Shown here: piece after piece, positions 29,451 through 38,690 of the stretch | How positions within the stretch are numbered: position 1 is the stretch's first letter | How the letters are laid out: every line of letters begins with the position of its first letter | NCBI GenBank assembly: GCA_027063785.1 | Contig: JAMORC010000005.1 | Coordinates: 90,050 to 154,049 of the forward strand | DNA from: Desulfurobacteriaceae bacterium | Lineage (GTDB): Bacteria > Aquificota > Aquificia > Desulfurobacteriales > Desulfurobacteriaceae | Reading direction: 5' to 3' | DNA length: 64,000 nucleotides | Program-made: the position numbers and the translations under genes | The notes under the pieces: model-generated | What the model was told of the DNA's origin: nothing | The model's database searches: none | Seen by the model: only the letters and a program-made list of their open reading frames with translations

Positions 29451-30421
29451 AGGTCGCCGTTCTGGGTTCTGGAAGCTGGGGATCTGCCCTCTCGATTTAC
29501 CTTGGGAAGACCGGTTTTGAGGTGTTTCAGTGGTGCCTTGAGGAAGACGTTGCATTTTCTATTAATGAGAAGAGGGAGAATTCGGTTTACCTTCCCGGGT
29601 TTTTCTACCCTGAAACGGTCAGGGCAACGTCTTCTGTTGAGGAAGCTGTTAGTAGTGCCGACTTTCTCTTTTCTGTTATTCCGGTTCAGCATACGGGGGG
29701 GTTCTGGAAGAGTAACAGGAAGTTTCTGTTGGGAAAGCCTCTGATATGTGCTTCAAAGGGTATAGAAATTGAGTCCCTTAGAAGGCTTTCCGAAGTTTAC
29801 CGGGAAGTTTTCGGAAGTATTGAAAACTACTACGTGCTTTCGGGGCCTACCTTTGCAAAGGAAGTTGCTGCCGGACTCCCTGCCGCAGCCGTTGTGGCCG
29901 GGATAAGTAAAAGTGATGAAGTGGCGAAACTTTTCTCGACCAGAAGTTTCCGCCTTTACAGCTCTGACGATGTTGTCGGAGTGGAGCTTGGTGGGGCTTT
30001 GAAAAACGTTATAGCTATAGCTACCGGCATTTCGGATGGAATGGGACTCGGTAGTAATGCGAGAGCTGCCCTCATAACCAGGGGGCTTCATGAAATAAAG
30101 AGACTTGGTATCAAGATGGGCGCCAGAGAGGAAACTTTTTACGGGCTTTCCGGGGTCGGTGATCTTGTTCTTACTTGTACTGGAGATCTTTCGAGAAACA
30201 GGCAGTTCGGACTTTCCATCGGTAGGGGGGAAAGACCCGGGAAGGGGAAAGTTGTAGTTGAGGGAGTTTATACCGTTAGGGCCGCTGTGAAACTTTCGGA
30301 GAAGCTCGGTGTCGAGATGCCGATATCCAGGGCCGTATTTGCGGTTATTTACGAGGGTAAAAGTCCTGAATCAGTTATGGAAGAGCTTCTCTCGCGCCCC
30401 GTGAAGTGGGAGAAAGAGTAA
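29447..30421 (+). CDS. gpsA: NAD(P)H-dependent glycerol-3-phosphate dehydrogenase
   Basis: VAVLGSGSWGSAL NAD-binding motif. GTG start overlapping the previous stop. Confidence 0.9.
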   Translation: MKVAVLGSGSWGSALSIYLGKTGFEVFQWCLEEDVAFSINEKRENSVYLPGFFYPETVRATSSVEEAVSSADFLFSVIPVQHTGGFWKSNRKFLLGKPLICASKGIEIESLRRLSEVYREVFGSIENYYVLSGPTFAKEVAAGLPAAAVVAGISKSDEVAKLFSTRSFRLYSSDDVVGVELGGALKNVIAIATGISDGMGLGSNARAALITRGLHEIKRLGIKMGAREETFYGLSGVGDLVLTCTGDLSRNRQFGLSIGRGERPGKGKVVVEGVYTVRAAVKLSEKLGVEMPISRAVFAVIYEGKSPESVMEELLSRPVKWEKE

Positions 30422-30441
30422 GGAGATTTGAAGAGGTTTTT

Positions 30442-30900
30442 ATGGGTTGTTGCGAGTTCGGCAGGGAAGATGAACTTTTCCCTTTTGAAGAGAAGGCGAG
30501 GAGGTTTATTGAAGGCCTCGTTCCCGATTGGAAAGCCGGCAGGAATTACTCTATTCCTTCCAGGAGAAAAGAGATAGAGAATAGGCTACTGAAAATTAAA
30601 AATACCTTTTTGGGAAGTGAAGAGGAGGAAAAGCTTGACTACTTGCTGAACCTTAACAGAAGGGCGAACCTGACGCCGGCTTACCTTTACATTCTGGAAA
30701 GCTATCTCTTTCCATTCCTTGAAAGGCTCGCTTTTTACAGGGCTAATGCTCCCGAAGGTTTTGATTCCTTGAAATCTATGGCGGAGGAGATTGTCAGGGA
30801 ATTTGGCTTTCGGCGGAAATTCCCGGATAATGTTTTAATCGAAGTTGCTATAGATTCCCTTATATCTGCACTCTACTGTTGTGGAGGAGAAGATGATTGA
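30442..30900 (+). CDS. hypothetical protein (152 aa)
   Basis: ORF with ATG 30442 (MGCCEFG...). The listed start 30406 overlaps the gpsA 3' end. No family recognised. Confidence 0.4.
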   Translation: MGCCEFGREDELFPFEEKARRFIEGLVPDWKAGRNYSIPSRRKEIENRLLKIKNTFLGSEEEEKLDYLLNLNRRANLTPAYLYILESYLFPFLERLAFYRANAPEGFDSLKSMAEEIVREFGFRRKFPDNVLIEVAIDSLISALYCCGGEDD

Positions 30901-31600
30901 ACGTTACGTGGAAGATCTTGACGAGCTTAAGCGGAACTTCATAGAGATGGCCGATATGGCCAGGAAAATTATCGTTGAAGCAATGGAATCCCTTATGAAA
31001 AGGGATAAAGAAAGGGCTGAAATTACTTATCAGTACGACAGGCTTATAGACCTTAAAGAGATAGAGATTGAGGAGAAGTGCATCAGGGTTCTTGCCCTTT
31101 ACTCCCCGGAGGCGAAGGATCTGAGGTTTGTCGTTTCTATACTGAAAAGTATCGTTGATCTTGAAAGGGTCGGTGACCTCGCCCGGGATATCTGCGAGAC
31201 GGCTATTCACCTTTCGAAAGTTCCTCCCATAAAACCTTACGTTGATCTTCCGAGGATGTTGAAGATCGTTGAGGAGATGCTGAAGGACAGTGTTATGTCG
31301 CTCCTCAGAGGAGATGTTGAGCTTGCAAAGGAAGTAATAAACAGGGACGATATAGTTGACAGCTTCTACAACAGGCTTTTTGAGGAGCTTGTTGAGGTAT
31401 CCCAGAAGAACCCTGAACACGCCTCCGTTGCCGTCAGGCTTATACTTGTTGTTAAGTCCCTTGAAAGGGTCGGTGATCACGCTACAAACATTGCCGAGTA
31501 TGCCATCTATTACAAAACAGGGGATGTTGTAAAGCACAAAAAGGCAAGGGAATATCTTAAAAAACTCATGGGTGAGGCGGATGAGAACAAGCGGGAGTGA
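30881..31600 (+). CDS. phoU: phosphate signalling complex protein PhoU
   Basis: Two PhoU repeats with the LERVGD signature (DLERVGDLARDI and SLERVGDHATNIAEYAIY). Confidence 0.85.
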   Translation: MEEKMIERYVEDLDELKRNFIEMADMARKIIVEAMESLMKRDKERAEITYQYDRLIDLKEIEIEEKCIRVLALYSPEAKDLRFVVSILKSIVDLERVGDLARDICETAIHLSKVPPIKPYVDLPRMLKIVEEMLKDSVMSLLRGDVELAKEVINRDDIVDSFYNRLFEELVEVSQKNPEHASVAVRLILVVKSLERVGDHATNIAEYAIYYKTGDVVKHKKAREYLKKLMGEADENKRE

Positions 31601-32420
31601 TGCTCCGAAAGTTATTTTCTTCGGGATCTTCGTTGCGGTTCTGATCTTTGTCTTCCTTCAGGCTGTGAAAGTTATTGATGCCGGGGAAGTTGGAGTGAAG
31701 TTGAGGCTCGGTAAAGTTTCTGAGGAGGAGCTTTATCCCGGTGTTCACTTTGTGATTCCCGGGATTGAAAGGATTGTCGTCTTTTCGACCAGGGTTGAGA
31801 AGATCGATATGACTGCGGCAAGGGGAAATCCCATAACGGCTTTAAGCGTTGAAGGACTTCCGGTAAGGCTCGACGTTACCGTTCTTTACAGAATAGTTCC
31901 GGAAAAAGCCGATGTCATCTACAAGACCTATGGGGTTAACTATGCCGATAAAGTTATCGTTCCCATAGTCAGGGAAGCTGTAAGGAATGTGATAGCAAGG
32001 TATAGGATTGAGGACCTCTACTCCACAAAGAGGGCGGAACTCCAGAAGAGAATATACGATGCTGTCAGGAGTAGGCTGAAGGAGGCGAATATTGAGGTAG
32101 TTGACGTTCTCCTGAGGAACGTCGCGCTTCCCTCAAAGGTGATTGAGAAGATTGAGGAGAAGCTCAGGGCGAAAGAAGAAGCCGAGAAGATGAAGTTTGT
32201 CATAGAAAAGGAAAAGCTCGAGGCCGAGAGAAAGATAACGGAGGCCAGGGGAATTGCGGAGTCGAACAGGATAATATCCGATTCCCTTTCCGATAGATAC
32301 CTGCAATGGTACTATCTCCAGACTCTTAAGAAGCTCTCCGAAGGGCCGAACAACACCTTCATAATTACACCTTACGATAACAAGCTCATTCCTATGCTAA
32401 ACTTGGAAAAAGGTAAGTAA
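31572..32420 (+). CDS. SPFH/band-7 (prohibitin/HflK-C-like) membrane protein
   Basis: N-terminal TM then SPFH core (VGVKLRLGKV...PGVHFVIPGIE). C-terminal coiled coil. Confidence 0.8.
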   Translation: MRRMRTSGSDAPKVIFFGIFVAVLIFVFLQAVKVIDAGEVGVKLRLGKVSEEELYPGVHFVIPGIERIVVFSTRVEKIDMTAARGNPITALSVEGLPVRLDVTVLYRIVPEKADVIYKTYGVNYADKVIVPIVREAVRNVIARYRIEDLYSTKRAELQKRIYDAVRSRLKEANIEVVDVLLRNVALPSKVIEKIEEKLRAKEEAEKMKFVIEKEKLEAERKITEARGIAESNRIISDSLSDRYLQWYYLQTLKKLSEGPNNTFIITPYDNKLIPMLNLEKGK

Positions 32421-33223
32421 TGCTCCACAACCCTTTTGACTACCTTCAGTACGACTTCGGTGTAAAGGGAGTGCTCTCTGCCCTTTTAGCGGGAATAACT
32501 TGTTCTGCTCTTGGTACTTCGATTGTTCTCAGAAAGATGGCCTTTGCGGGTGCCGGGATTTCCCACGTTGCCTTTGCAGGAGTTGCATTGGGTTTTCTTC
32601 TCGGGATATCCCCGATTTTCTCAGCCCTCCTGCTCTCCCTCCTTGTCTCCGTTGTTCTCTGGTACTTTCAAGTTAAAAAGGGGCTTCACTTCGACGTTAC
32701 TATGGGGGTTCTCTTTTCTGCAAGTATGGGACTTGCCGTTATAGCCCTGAGCCTTTCGGGAGCTTACGGTTCTCAAGCCCTTTCGTACCTGTTCGGAAGT
32801 CCTCTGCTTGTTTCGGGCATTGATATCGCCATGCTCCTTTTATCATTTATTGCCGTTTCCCTTTTCTTTTCCTTCTTTTGGAGGGACATTTACCTGGTAA
32901 CCTTTAGTTCTGAGATAGCCAAAGCTTCCGGTTACAAGGTTGAGCTTATTACCTTCCTGCTTAACTTTCTCGTCGGGGCTGTTGTTGCTCTTTCCATAAA
33001 GGCTGTAGGAGCACTTCTGGTCTTTTCTCTCCTTGTGGTTCCTTCGGCTGCTGCTTACAGGGTTTCAAAGAGCTACGGCCGTTTTTTCTTCCTGTCTGTA
33101 TTCTTCGGGATTGTTTCCTCCCTGGGAGGGATTTTCCTATCCTTTGCCCTTGATGCCCCCTCCGGTGCTACGATAACTGTTGTTTCATTTCTTCTTTTCC
33201 TCTTGACCTCTATTCTCGGCTGA
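32420..33223 (+). CDS. ABC-3 family metal (Zn/Mn) ABC transporter permease
   Basis: 8 TM helices. ZnuB/MntB-like conserved segments. No adjacent ATPase or substrate-binding gene. Confidence 0.75.
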   Translation: MLHNPFDYLQYDFGVKGVLSALLAGITCSALGTSIVLRKMAFAGAGISHVAFAGVALGFLLGISPIFSALLLSLLVSVVLWYFQVKKGLHFDVTMGVLFSASMGLAVIALSLSGAYGSQALSYLFGSPLLVSGIDIAMLLLSFIAVSLFFSFFWRDIYLVTFSSEIAKASGYKVELITFLLNFLVGAVVALSIKAVGALLVFSLLVVPSAAAYRVSKSYGRFFFLSVFFGIVSSLGGIFLSFALDAPSGATITVVSFLLFLLTSILG

Positions 33224-33521
33224 ATAAGGACTCTATTACTTCTTCCAGCGTTTTAAATTCGGAATCAATTACTTCCATCTTCAGCGACTCAAATCCCAGC
33301 TTTACCCTTTCGTTGGCCTTTGGATAAACCACTTTTTTAACTCCATAAGCTAAGAGTACCTGAGCCACTTCACTTTCGGTTTCAGAAACGTTCTTGAATA
33401 GGTTAACCTCTACTCCCTCTTCTGTCTGCCTGAGGACTGCAAAGAGGGGAGCTGTTTTAAAATTCTCGTTGATAGGACTTTTAAGTCCCTTTTCTTCCTT
33501 TAGCGGGACGGCTACTTTCAT
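33210..33521 (-). CDS. NifX/NafY-like dinitrogenase FeMo-cofactor-binding domain protein
   Basis: ATG 33521 after GGAGGAGAAA (MKVAVPLKEEKG...). ~104 aa. The longer listed ORF start 33671 is rejected. Confidence 0.55.
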   Translation of the reverse strand: MKVAVPLKEEKGLKSPINENFKTAPLFAVLRQTEEGVEVNLFKNVSETESEVAQVLLAYGVKKVVYPKANERVKLGFESLKMEVIDSEFKTLEEVIESLFSRE

Positions 33522-33540
33522 TTTCTCCTCCGGAGGTCGT

Positions 33541-34203
33541 TTGTTTAGGAGGTGGCAAAACTTAGGTGAAATTCTACCCGACTGGCTGGAGTTCTTCATA
33601 GACGGCTTTAACGATAGGCCGGCTCTTTTGCGTGAAGTTGAGGAGTTTGCCAAAAGGGAAAAAGTTCCCATTCTTCTCCCCTCTGCCGCCAGCTTTCTGA
33701 GGTTTCTCTCTTCTGTCTTAAGGCCTGAGAAGGTTCTTGAGATCGGGACGGGGATCGGCTACAGCACTTTGAGCATCCTTATGGGGTATCCGCCTGCAAA
33801 GGTTATTACGGTGGACTCCAACAGGAAAAGGGCTGAGGTTGCCGATAGTTTCTTTAGGAAGGGCGGTTTTGAAGTCGATCTCATCGTTTCGGACGGTCTT
33901 GACCTGATGAGGAGCTTGATCTGCAGGGAGGAGGAGTTTGACTTAGTCTTTGTGGATGCCGTTAAGTCTGAGTACCCGTTTTACAACTTTAAGGTTCAGT
34001 CTCTCCTTTCCGAAAGGGGCGTTGCCGTATTTGATAACGTTCTTTTCAGGGGTTATGTTGCCGGCAGGCCTTTTAATTCGCGTTACACGAGGACTGTTAG
34101 GTTGCTCAAACTTTTCCTGGAGAGCGTGAAGGAATACCCCGGTTTCTCCTCTACCATTCTTCCTGTTGGAGACGGGCTTTTGCTTCTATACCGTTTAGTA
34201 TAA
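33541..34203 (+). CDS. class I SAM-dependent O-methyltransferase (family 3, YrrM/TrmR-like)
   Basis: SAM-binding motif VLEIGTGIGYSTL. Likely TTG start 33541 just after the palindromic CCTCCGGAGG. Confidence 0.6.
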   Translation: MFRRWQNLGEILPDWLEFFIDGFNDRPALLREVEEFAKREKVPILLPSAASFLRFLSSVLRPEKVLEIGTGIGYSTLSILMGYPPAKVITVDSNRKRAEVADSFFRKGGFEVDLIVSDGLDLMRSLICREEEFDLVFVDAVKSEYPFYNFKVQSLLSERGVAVFDNVLFRGYVAGRPFNSRYTRTVRLLKLFLESVKEYPGFSSTILPVGDGLLLLYRLV

Positions 34204-34209
34204 TTTCCG

Positions 34210-34366
34210 TTGGGTTCCGAGTCTGGCCGCCTAAGGGGCAATGCCCTATGGGGCCAGACCGATAGGGTGTGTCTGGAAACGGGCACGCCTCCCGGACTTG
34301 GAAAGGAACCCGCCTTTAGGGGTCAGTTCCGGTCCGGGGCTGACCCCTAAAGCATTTTAGGGGAGG
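34210..34366 (+). promoter_or_regulatory. structured 5' leader RNA upstream of modA: candidate cofactor (Moco/Wco-type) riboswitch or other cis-regulatory element
   Basis: GC-rich 160-nt noncoding stretch with nested stems: GTCTGGCC 34221-28 with GGCCAGAC 34252-59, enclosing GGGCA-a-TGCCC; CCAGAC 34254-59 can alternatively pair with GTCTGG 34271-76. A 3' hairpin AGGGGTCAG/CTGACCCCT 34319-48 has a 3' arm that can instead pair with the RBS region AGGGG 34359-63. Confidence 0.4.
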
Positions 34367-34372
34367 TGTATT

Positions 34373-35113
34373 GTGAGGATTTTGCTGTTTCTCTTATTTT
34401 TCCAATTTTTCTTTTGTGTTTCTTCTTTAGCTGACGTTATTAGACTAAGTGCTGCTATGGGAACGAAAGATTTTATTAGTTATGAGGTTAAACAGTTTAA
34501 CGCCTCTCGTAGTTCTGATAAAGTGGTTTGTAACTTTTCTTCTTCGGGTAAATTGGCTATGCAGATAGAGGCGGGAGCGCCTGCTGATGTTTACGTCTCT
34601 GCTTCTAAATTCTGGATGAATTATCTGATAGAGAAAGGATTTATTGTTCCTGATTCTGCTAAACCTTTTGCTTCTACGGACTTGGTTTTGGTTGTTCCGT
34701 TAAATTCACATATTAGTTCAATTATGGAGGCTAAAAAAATTGCAGTAGGTAATAGATTGGCACCTGTCGGTAAGTATGCGATAGAGACGCTTGAGAATTT
34801 GGGTGTTTATGAAAAGTTAAAGAATAGGTTTATCTATGCGCCTACTGTAAGGCAGATTAGCGTTTGGGTTATGACAGGAAATGCAGATGCTGGTATTATC
34901 TATTACTCCGACTACGTGAAATTTAAGGATAAGTTAAAGTTGTTGAAAGTTTTTCCTGAGAGTCTTCACAGACCTATTACTTTCTGGATAGGTGTTGTTA
35001 AGGGAACGAAAAATTCCCCCTCTGCTAAAGCCTTTGAGCAATTTATCCTTAACACGGACAACAGCGTCTTCAAAAAGTTTGGCTTTAAGAAAGTAACTGA
35101 GGGTCTAAAATGA
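34373..35113 (+). CDS. modA: molybdate/tungstate ABC transporter periplasmic substrate-binding protein
   Basis: Signal peptide, ModA-like fold length (246 aa). GTG start after GGGAGG. Followed by modB. Confidence 0.8.
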   Translation: MRILLFLLFFQFFFCVSSLADVIRLSAAMGTKDFISYEVKQFNASRSSDKVVCNFSSSGKLAMQIEAGAPADVYVSASKFWMNYLIEKGFIVPDSAKPFASTDLVLVVPLNSHISSIMEAKKIAVGNRLAPVGKYAIETLENLGVYEKLKNRFIYAPTVRQISVWVMTGNADAGIIYYSDYVKFKDKLKLLKVFPESLHRPITFWIGVVKGTKNSPSAKAFEQFILNTDNSVFKKFGFKKVTEGLK

Positions 35114-35790
35114 TTTCTCTTGACCCGGAAGCTCTCTTTTCCATAAAACTCTCTTTAAAAGTTTCAACCATTTCTGTGCTTTTAGTTACACTGCTTGGAC
35201 TTCCTGTTGCTTACTTTTTAGCGTTAAAGAAGTTTCCGTTTAAGAACCTGTTAGACGCTTTGATAACTCTACCTTTAGTTTTTCCCCCTACCGTTACCGG
35301 TTATCTTCTGCTTTTACTTTTGGGCAAAAACGGGGTTATCGGTTCTTTGATTTATAAGCTTTTCAAAACAGGAATAGTATTTACCTGGTATGCTGCTGTT
35401 GTTGCTTCTTCCGTTGCTGCTTTCCCGATTTTCGTTAAAGGGGCAAGAGCTGCAATGGAATCGGTTGACAGAAACCTTATATACGTTTCTTATACTTTGG
35501 GCAAAGGTGAGCTGAAGACCTTTTTTAAGGTTGTTTTACCCCTTGCTAAAAGAGGAATAATTGCGGCAGTTGTCCTCTCTTTTGCAAGGGCGATGGGTGA
35601 GTTCGGCGCCACTCTTATGCTTGCAGGCAATATTCCTTTTCAAACGAATACGATACCGATAGAGATTTACAGTGCAGTGTCGGGTGGAGATTTTGAAAAA
35701 GCCAATCTATTGTCTGCAGTTACGGCTGTGATTTCTCTAACTATTCTTTACCTGATAAACCGATTAACTAACAGAGGTGAGAAATGGTAG
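35110..35790 (+). CDS. modB: molybdate ABC transporter permease
   Basis: CysTW-type permease with the EAA-like loop [19 protein letters not shown] overlap with modA. Confidence 0.85.
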   Translation: MISLDPEALFSIKLSLKVSTISVLLVTLLGLPVAYFLALKKFPFKNLLDALITLPLVFPPTVTGYLLLLLLGKNGVIGSLIYKLFKTGIVFTWYAAVVASSVAAFPIFVKGARAAMESVDRNLIYVSYTLGKGELKTFFKVVLPLAKRGIIAAVVLSFARAMGEFGATLMLAGNIPFQTNTIPIEIYSAVSGGDFEKANLLSAVTAVISLTILYLINRLTNRGEKW

Positions 35791-36629
35791 TGTTTTCTGA
35801 AGAAGAAATAGATGCCCTTTTAAAGGAAGACGTTCCTTATTTTGATCTGACTACCTATCTGCTTGGAATAGGGAATGAAAGAGGAAAAATGGAGTTTTCT
35901 GCCAGACACGACATTGTTGTGTGCGGGACAGAGGAGTGTTGTAGGTTATTTAAAAAAGCAGGACTGGAGATTAAAAAGTGTCTTCCAAGTGGTAGTGAGG
36001 TAAGCGCTGATGAAGTGTTTTTGGAAGTTGAAGGTTTGGCTGAAGGTTTGCATTTAACCTGGAAGGTTGCTCAGAACGTTCTTGAATACGCTTCGGGGAT
36101 TGCTACAAGAACAAAAAGGTTAGTAGACCTTGCAAAAGAAGTTAACGAGAACGTTGAAGTTGTTACTACTAGGAAGACCTTTCCCTTTGCTAAAAAGCTA
36201 TGCATAAAGGCGATACTTGCTGGAGGAGCTTTGCCCCATAGATTGGGACTTTCTGAAAGCGTTCTCGTTTTTGAGAACCATACGAAGTTCCTTGGTGGTT
36301 TGGATAAGTTGTTAGAGATAATACCCGAGTTGAAGAAGCGCGTTCCTGAAAAAAAGATAGTTGTTGAAGTTAACTTTATTGAGGATGCTTTTCTGGCTTT
36401 AAGTTCAGGAGTTGAAGTGGTTCAGTTGGATAAATTTTCTATTGAGGATGTTGTTGAAGTGGTGAATTTTAGAAATCAGAAGTTTCCTAACGCTAAAGTT
36501 GCTGCTGCAGGTGGTATAAACGAAACCAATATAAAGAGTTACGCTGCTACCGGTGTTGACATAATTGTTCTAACGTGCGCTTACTTTGGAAAACCTGCCG
36601 ATGTTAAGGTAAGGATGGATAAGTGTTAG
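35784..36629 (+). CDS. modD: ModD protein (quinolinate/nicotinate-nucleotide pyrophosphorylase-fold, molybdenum-transport associated)
   Basis: N-terminal [19 protein letters not shown]. QPRTase type II-like TIM barrel length (281 aa). Sits between modB and modC. Confidence 0.7.
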   Translation: MVVFSEEEIDALLKEDVPYFDLTTYLLGIGNERGKMEFSARHDIVVCGTEECCRLFKKAGLEIKKCLPSGSEVSADEVFLEVEGLAEGLHLTWKVAQNVLEYASGIATRTKRLVDLAKEVNENVEVVTTRKTFPFAKKLCIKAILAGGALPHRLGLSESVLVFENHTKFLGGLDKLLEIIPELKKRVPEKKIVVEVNFIEDAFLALSSGVEVVQLDKFSIEDVVEVVNFRNQKFPNAKVAAAGGINETNIKSYAATGVDIIVLTCAYFGKPADVKVRMDKC

Positions 36630-37684
36630 AGGTTTTTGTAAAGAAAGAACTTAAAGGATTTTCTTTGGATGTTTGCTTTGTTTCTGAAGCTAAAGCTGTT
36701 TCTCTTTTTGCTCCTTCGGGATCGGGAAAGAGCCTTACACTTCAAGCGATAGCTGGTTTGCTGAAGCCTGATAAGGGGAAGATAAAAGTTCTCGATAGGG
36801 TGTTTTTTGATTCAAGTAGAGGAATTTTCTTACCTCCGCAGCAGAGAAGAGTGGGTTATCTGTTCCAGGATTATGCTCTGTTTCCACATATGACGGTTTG
36901 GGAAAACGTTTTTTATGGTTGTAAAGATAAACAGCGAGTAGAAGAAGTTTTAAGAATGCTTGAAATTCAGGATATAAAAGATCGATTTCCGAAAGAAATT
37001 TCTGGGGGGCAGAAACAGAGAGTTGCTCTTGCAAGAGCTTTAGCTTTTGAACCTAAGGTTTTGCTTTTAGATGAACCTTTCTCCGCTCTTCATAAAAGTT
37101 TGAAGATGGATTTGTATGAAAGACTTGGAGAAGTTGTAAATAAGTTTCGCATTCCTATGGTTTTGGTAACTCATGATTTTGATGAAGTCCTTAAACTTAC
37201 TGATTATGTTGTAATTATGGAAAAGGGAAGAGTAAGACAAACAGGAAATCCGGAAAAGGTATTTTTAAATCCGATAGATGAGAAGATAGCTAAATTATTG
37301 GGGCATCGAACTTTCCTTCCAGGTAAGGTTGTTTCCGTAAGAGAAAGATGGGCGAAGGTGAAGTTAAGAAAAGGGCAACTTTTGGTAGCTAAAAACTTTC
37401 CAGAGGATTTAAGGGAAGGTGAGGATGTGATCATTTCTGTTTTACCGTTTGCTGTTGCATTTAATCCTTCAGAAGACTTTGTGAGAGTTTCTGCAACGGT
37501 TAAGGATATCTTTAAGGAGAAAGATAAAATTGTGGTGATTTTAGACTTAGGAAATGATGTAATTTTACATTTTCCGTTTTCTCTCTCTCCAAACTACATC
37601 CTAGAAAGAGGAAGGGAAGTGGATTTTTATCTTTCTCCTTCCTGTATTTCTGTTTTTAGGAGGAGGTATGAAGAGGAAGGTTAA
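36623..37684 (+). CDS. modC: molybdate ABC transporter ATP-binding protein with C-terminal MOP/TOBE domain
   Basis: Walker A APSGSGKS. Signature [16 protein letters not shown]-terminal beta-rich TOBE-like ~120 aa. Confidence 0.85.
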   Translation: MLEVFVKKELKGFSLDVCFVSEAKAVSLFAPSGSGKSLTLQAIAGLLKPDKGKIKVLDRVFFDSSRGIFLPPQQRRVGYLFQDYALFPHMTVWENVFYGCKDKQRVEEVLRMLEIQDIKDRFPKEISGGQKQRVALARALAFEPKVLLLDEPFSALHKSLKMDLYERLGEVVNKFRIPMVLVTHDFDEVLKLTDYVVIMEKGRVRQTGNPEKVFLNPIDEKIAKLLGHRTFLPGKVVSVRERWAKVKLRKGQLLVAKNFPEDLREGEDVIISVLPFAVAFNPSEDFVRVSATVKDIFKEKDKIVVILDLGNDVILHFPFSLSPNYILERGREVDFYLSPSCISVFRRRYEEEG

Positions 37685-38690
37685 GGTTGAAAATGCTGTA
37701 GGAATGGTTCTTGTTCATGATGTTACAGAGGTTGACCTGGGGAGGAATTATAAGGGAAGGGCGTTTAAGAAGGGGCATGTAATAAGGCCTGAGGATGTTG
37801 AGAAGTTAAAAAGGCTCGGTAAGGACTACGTTTACGTCCTTGAGCTTTCTCCGGATGAGATCCACGAGGATGAAGCGGCTGTTCTCTTGGCGGAAGCCAT
37901 TATGGGGGAAAACACTTATAGGGATGAGGAGCCGAGAGAGGGGAAGATTAATATTTACTCTTCCGTTTTCGGAGTTGTAAAGGTTGATGTTGAAAAGCTC
38001 TTTCGATTTAACATGGTAGGGGAGCCTTCATGTCCGACTATTCATTCTGATATGTACGTAAAACCCGGTGAGAAGATTGCTGCTGTTCGGATTATTTCCC
38101 TTGTTGCTCCGAGGAAGGAGGTAAAAGAAGCTGTAAGGATTGCCGGTGACGGCATTGTCAGGGTTGTTCCCTTTGAGGAAAAAAGGGCTGGAATAATCAT
38201 TACGGGTAATGAGGTGTACTACGGGAGAATTGAAGATAAGTTCTATGAACGCCTGAAGCCAAAGCTTGAGTTTTTCAAGTGCCGAGTTGAGGAAAAAGTT
38301 GTTCTCCCCGATGATAAGGAGAGGATAAAACAGAAAATTCTCGAGTTTGCAAACCGGTACGATATTGTGGTTCTTACCGGCGGAACATCTGTTGATCCCG
38401 ATGACGTTACTTACAAGGCGGTTAGGGAAGCCGGGGTTAAGAACTTCATTAGGGGCAATCCCATTCAGCCCGGTAACATGCTGAGTATGGGCTGGCTCGG
38501 TAAAGTCCCCGTTGTTGCCGTCCCGGCCGCTGCTCTCTTCTTTAAAGCAACCTCTTTTGATATCTGGCTTCCGAGGCTTCTTATAGGGGATGTTATTACG
38601 AAGGAAGAAGTTGCCAGAAAGTCCCACGGGGGTCTCTGCCACGGCTGTTCCGTTTGTGTATTTCCAGTTTGTCCCTTTGGGAGGCCGTAA
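37668..38690 (+). CDS. MoeA-N-like + MogA/MoaB-like molybdopterin-binding (MoCF biosynthesis) domain protein with a C-terminal Cys cluster
   Basis: [10 protein letters not shown] resembles the MoeA N-terminal region. [15 protein letters not shown] is MoCF-biosynthesis-domain-like. C-terminal [15 protein letters not shown]. Stop overlaps the moeA ATG (TAATG). Confidence 0.55.
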   Translation: MKRKVKVENAVGMVLVHDVTEVDLGRNYKGRAFKKGHVIRPEDVEKLKRLGKDYVYVLELSPDEIHEDEAAVLLAEAIMGENTYRDEEPREGKINIYSSVFGVVKVDVEKLFRFNMVGEPSCPTIHSDMYVKPGEKIAAVRIISLVAPRKEVKEAVRIAGDGIVRVVPFEEKRAGIIITGNEVYYGRIEDKFYERLKPKLEFFKCRVEEKVVLPDDKERIKQKILEFANRYDIVVLTGGTSVDPDDVTYKAVREAGVKNFIRGNPIQPGNMLSMGWLGKVPVVAVPAAALFFKATSFDIWLPRLLIGDVITKEEVARKSHGGLCHGCSVCVFPVCPFGRP

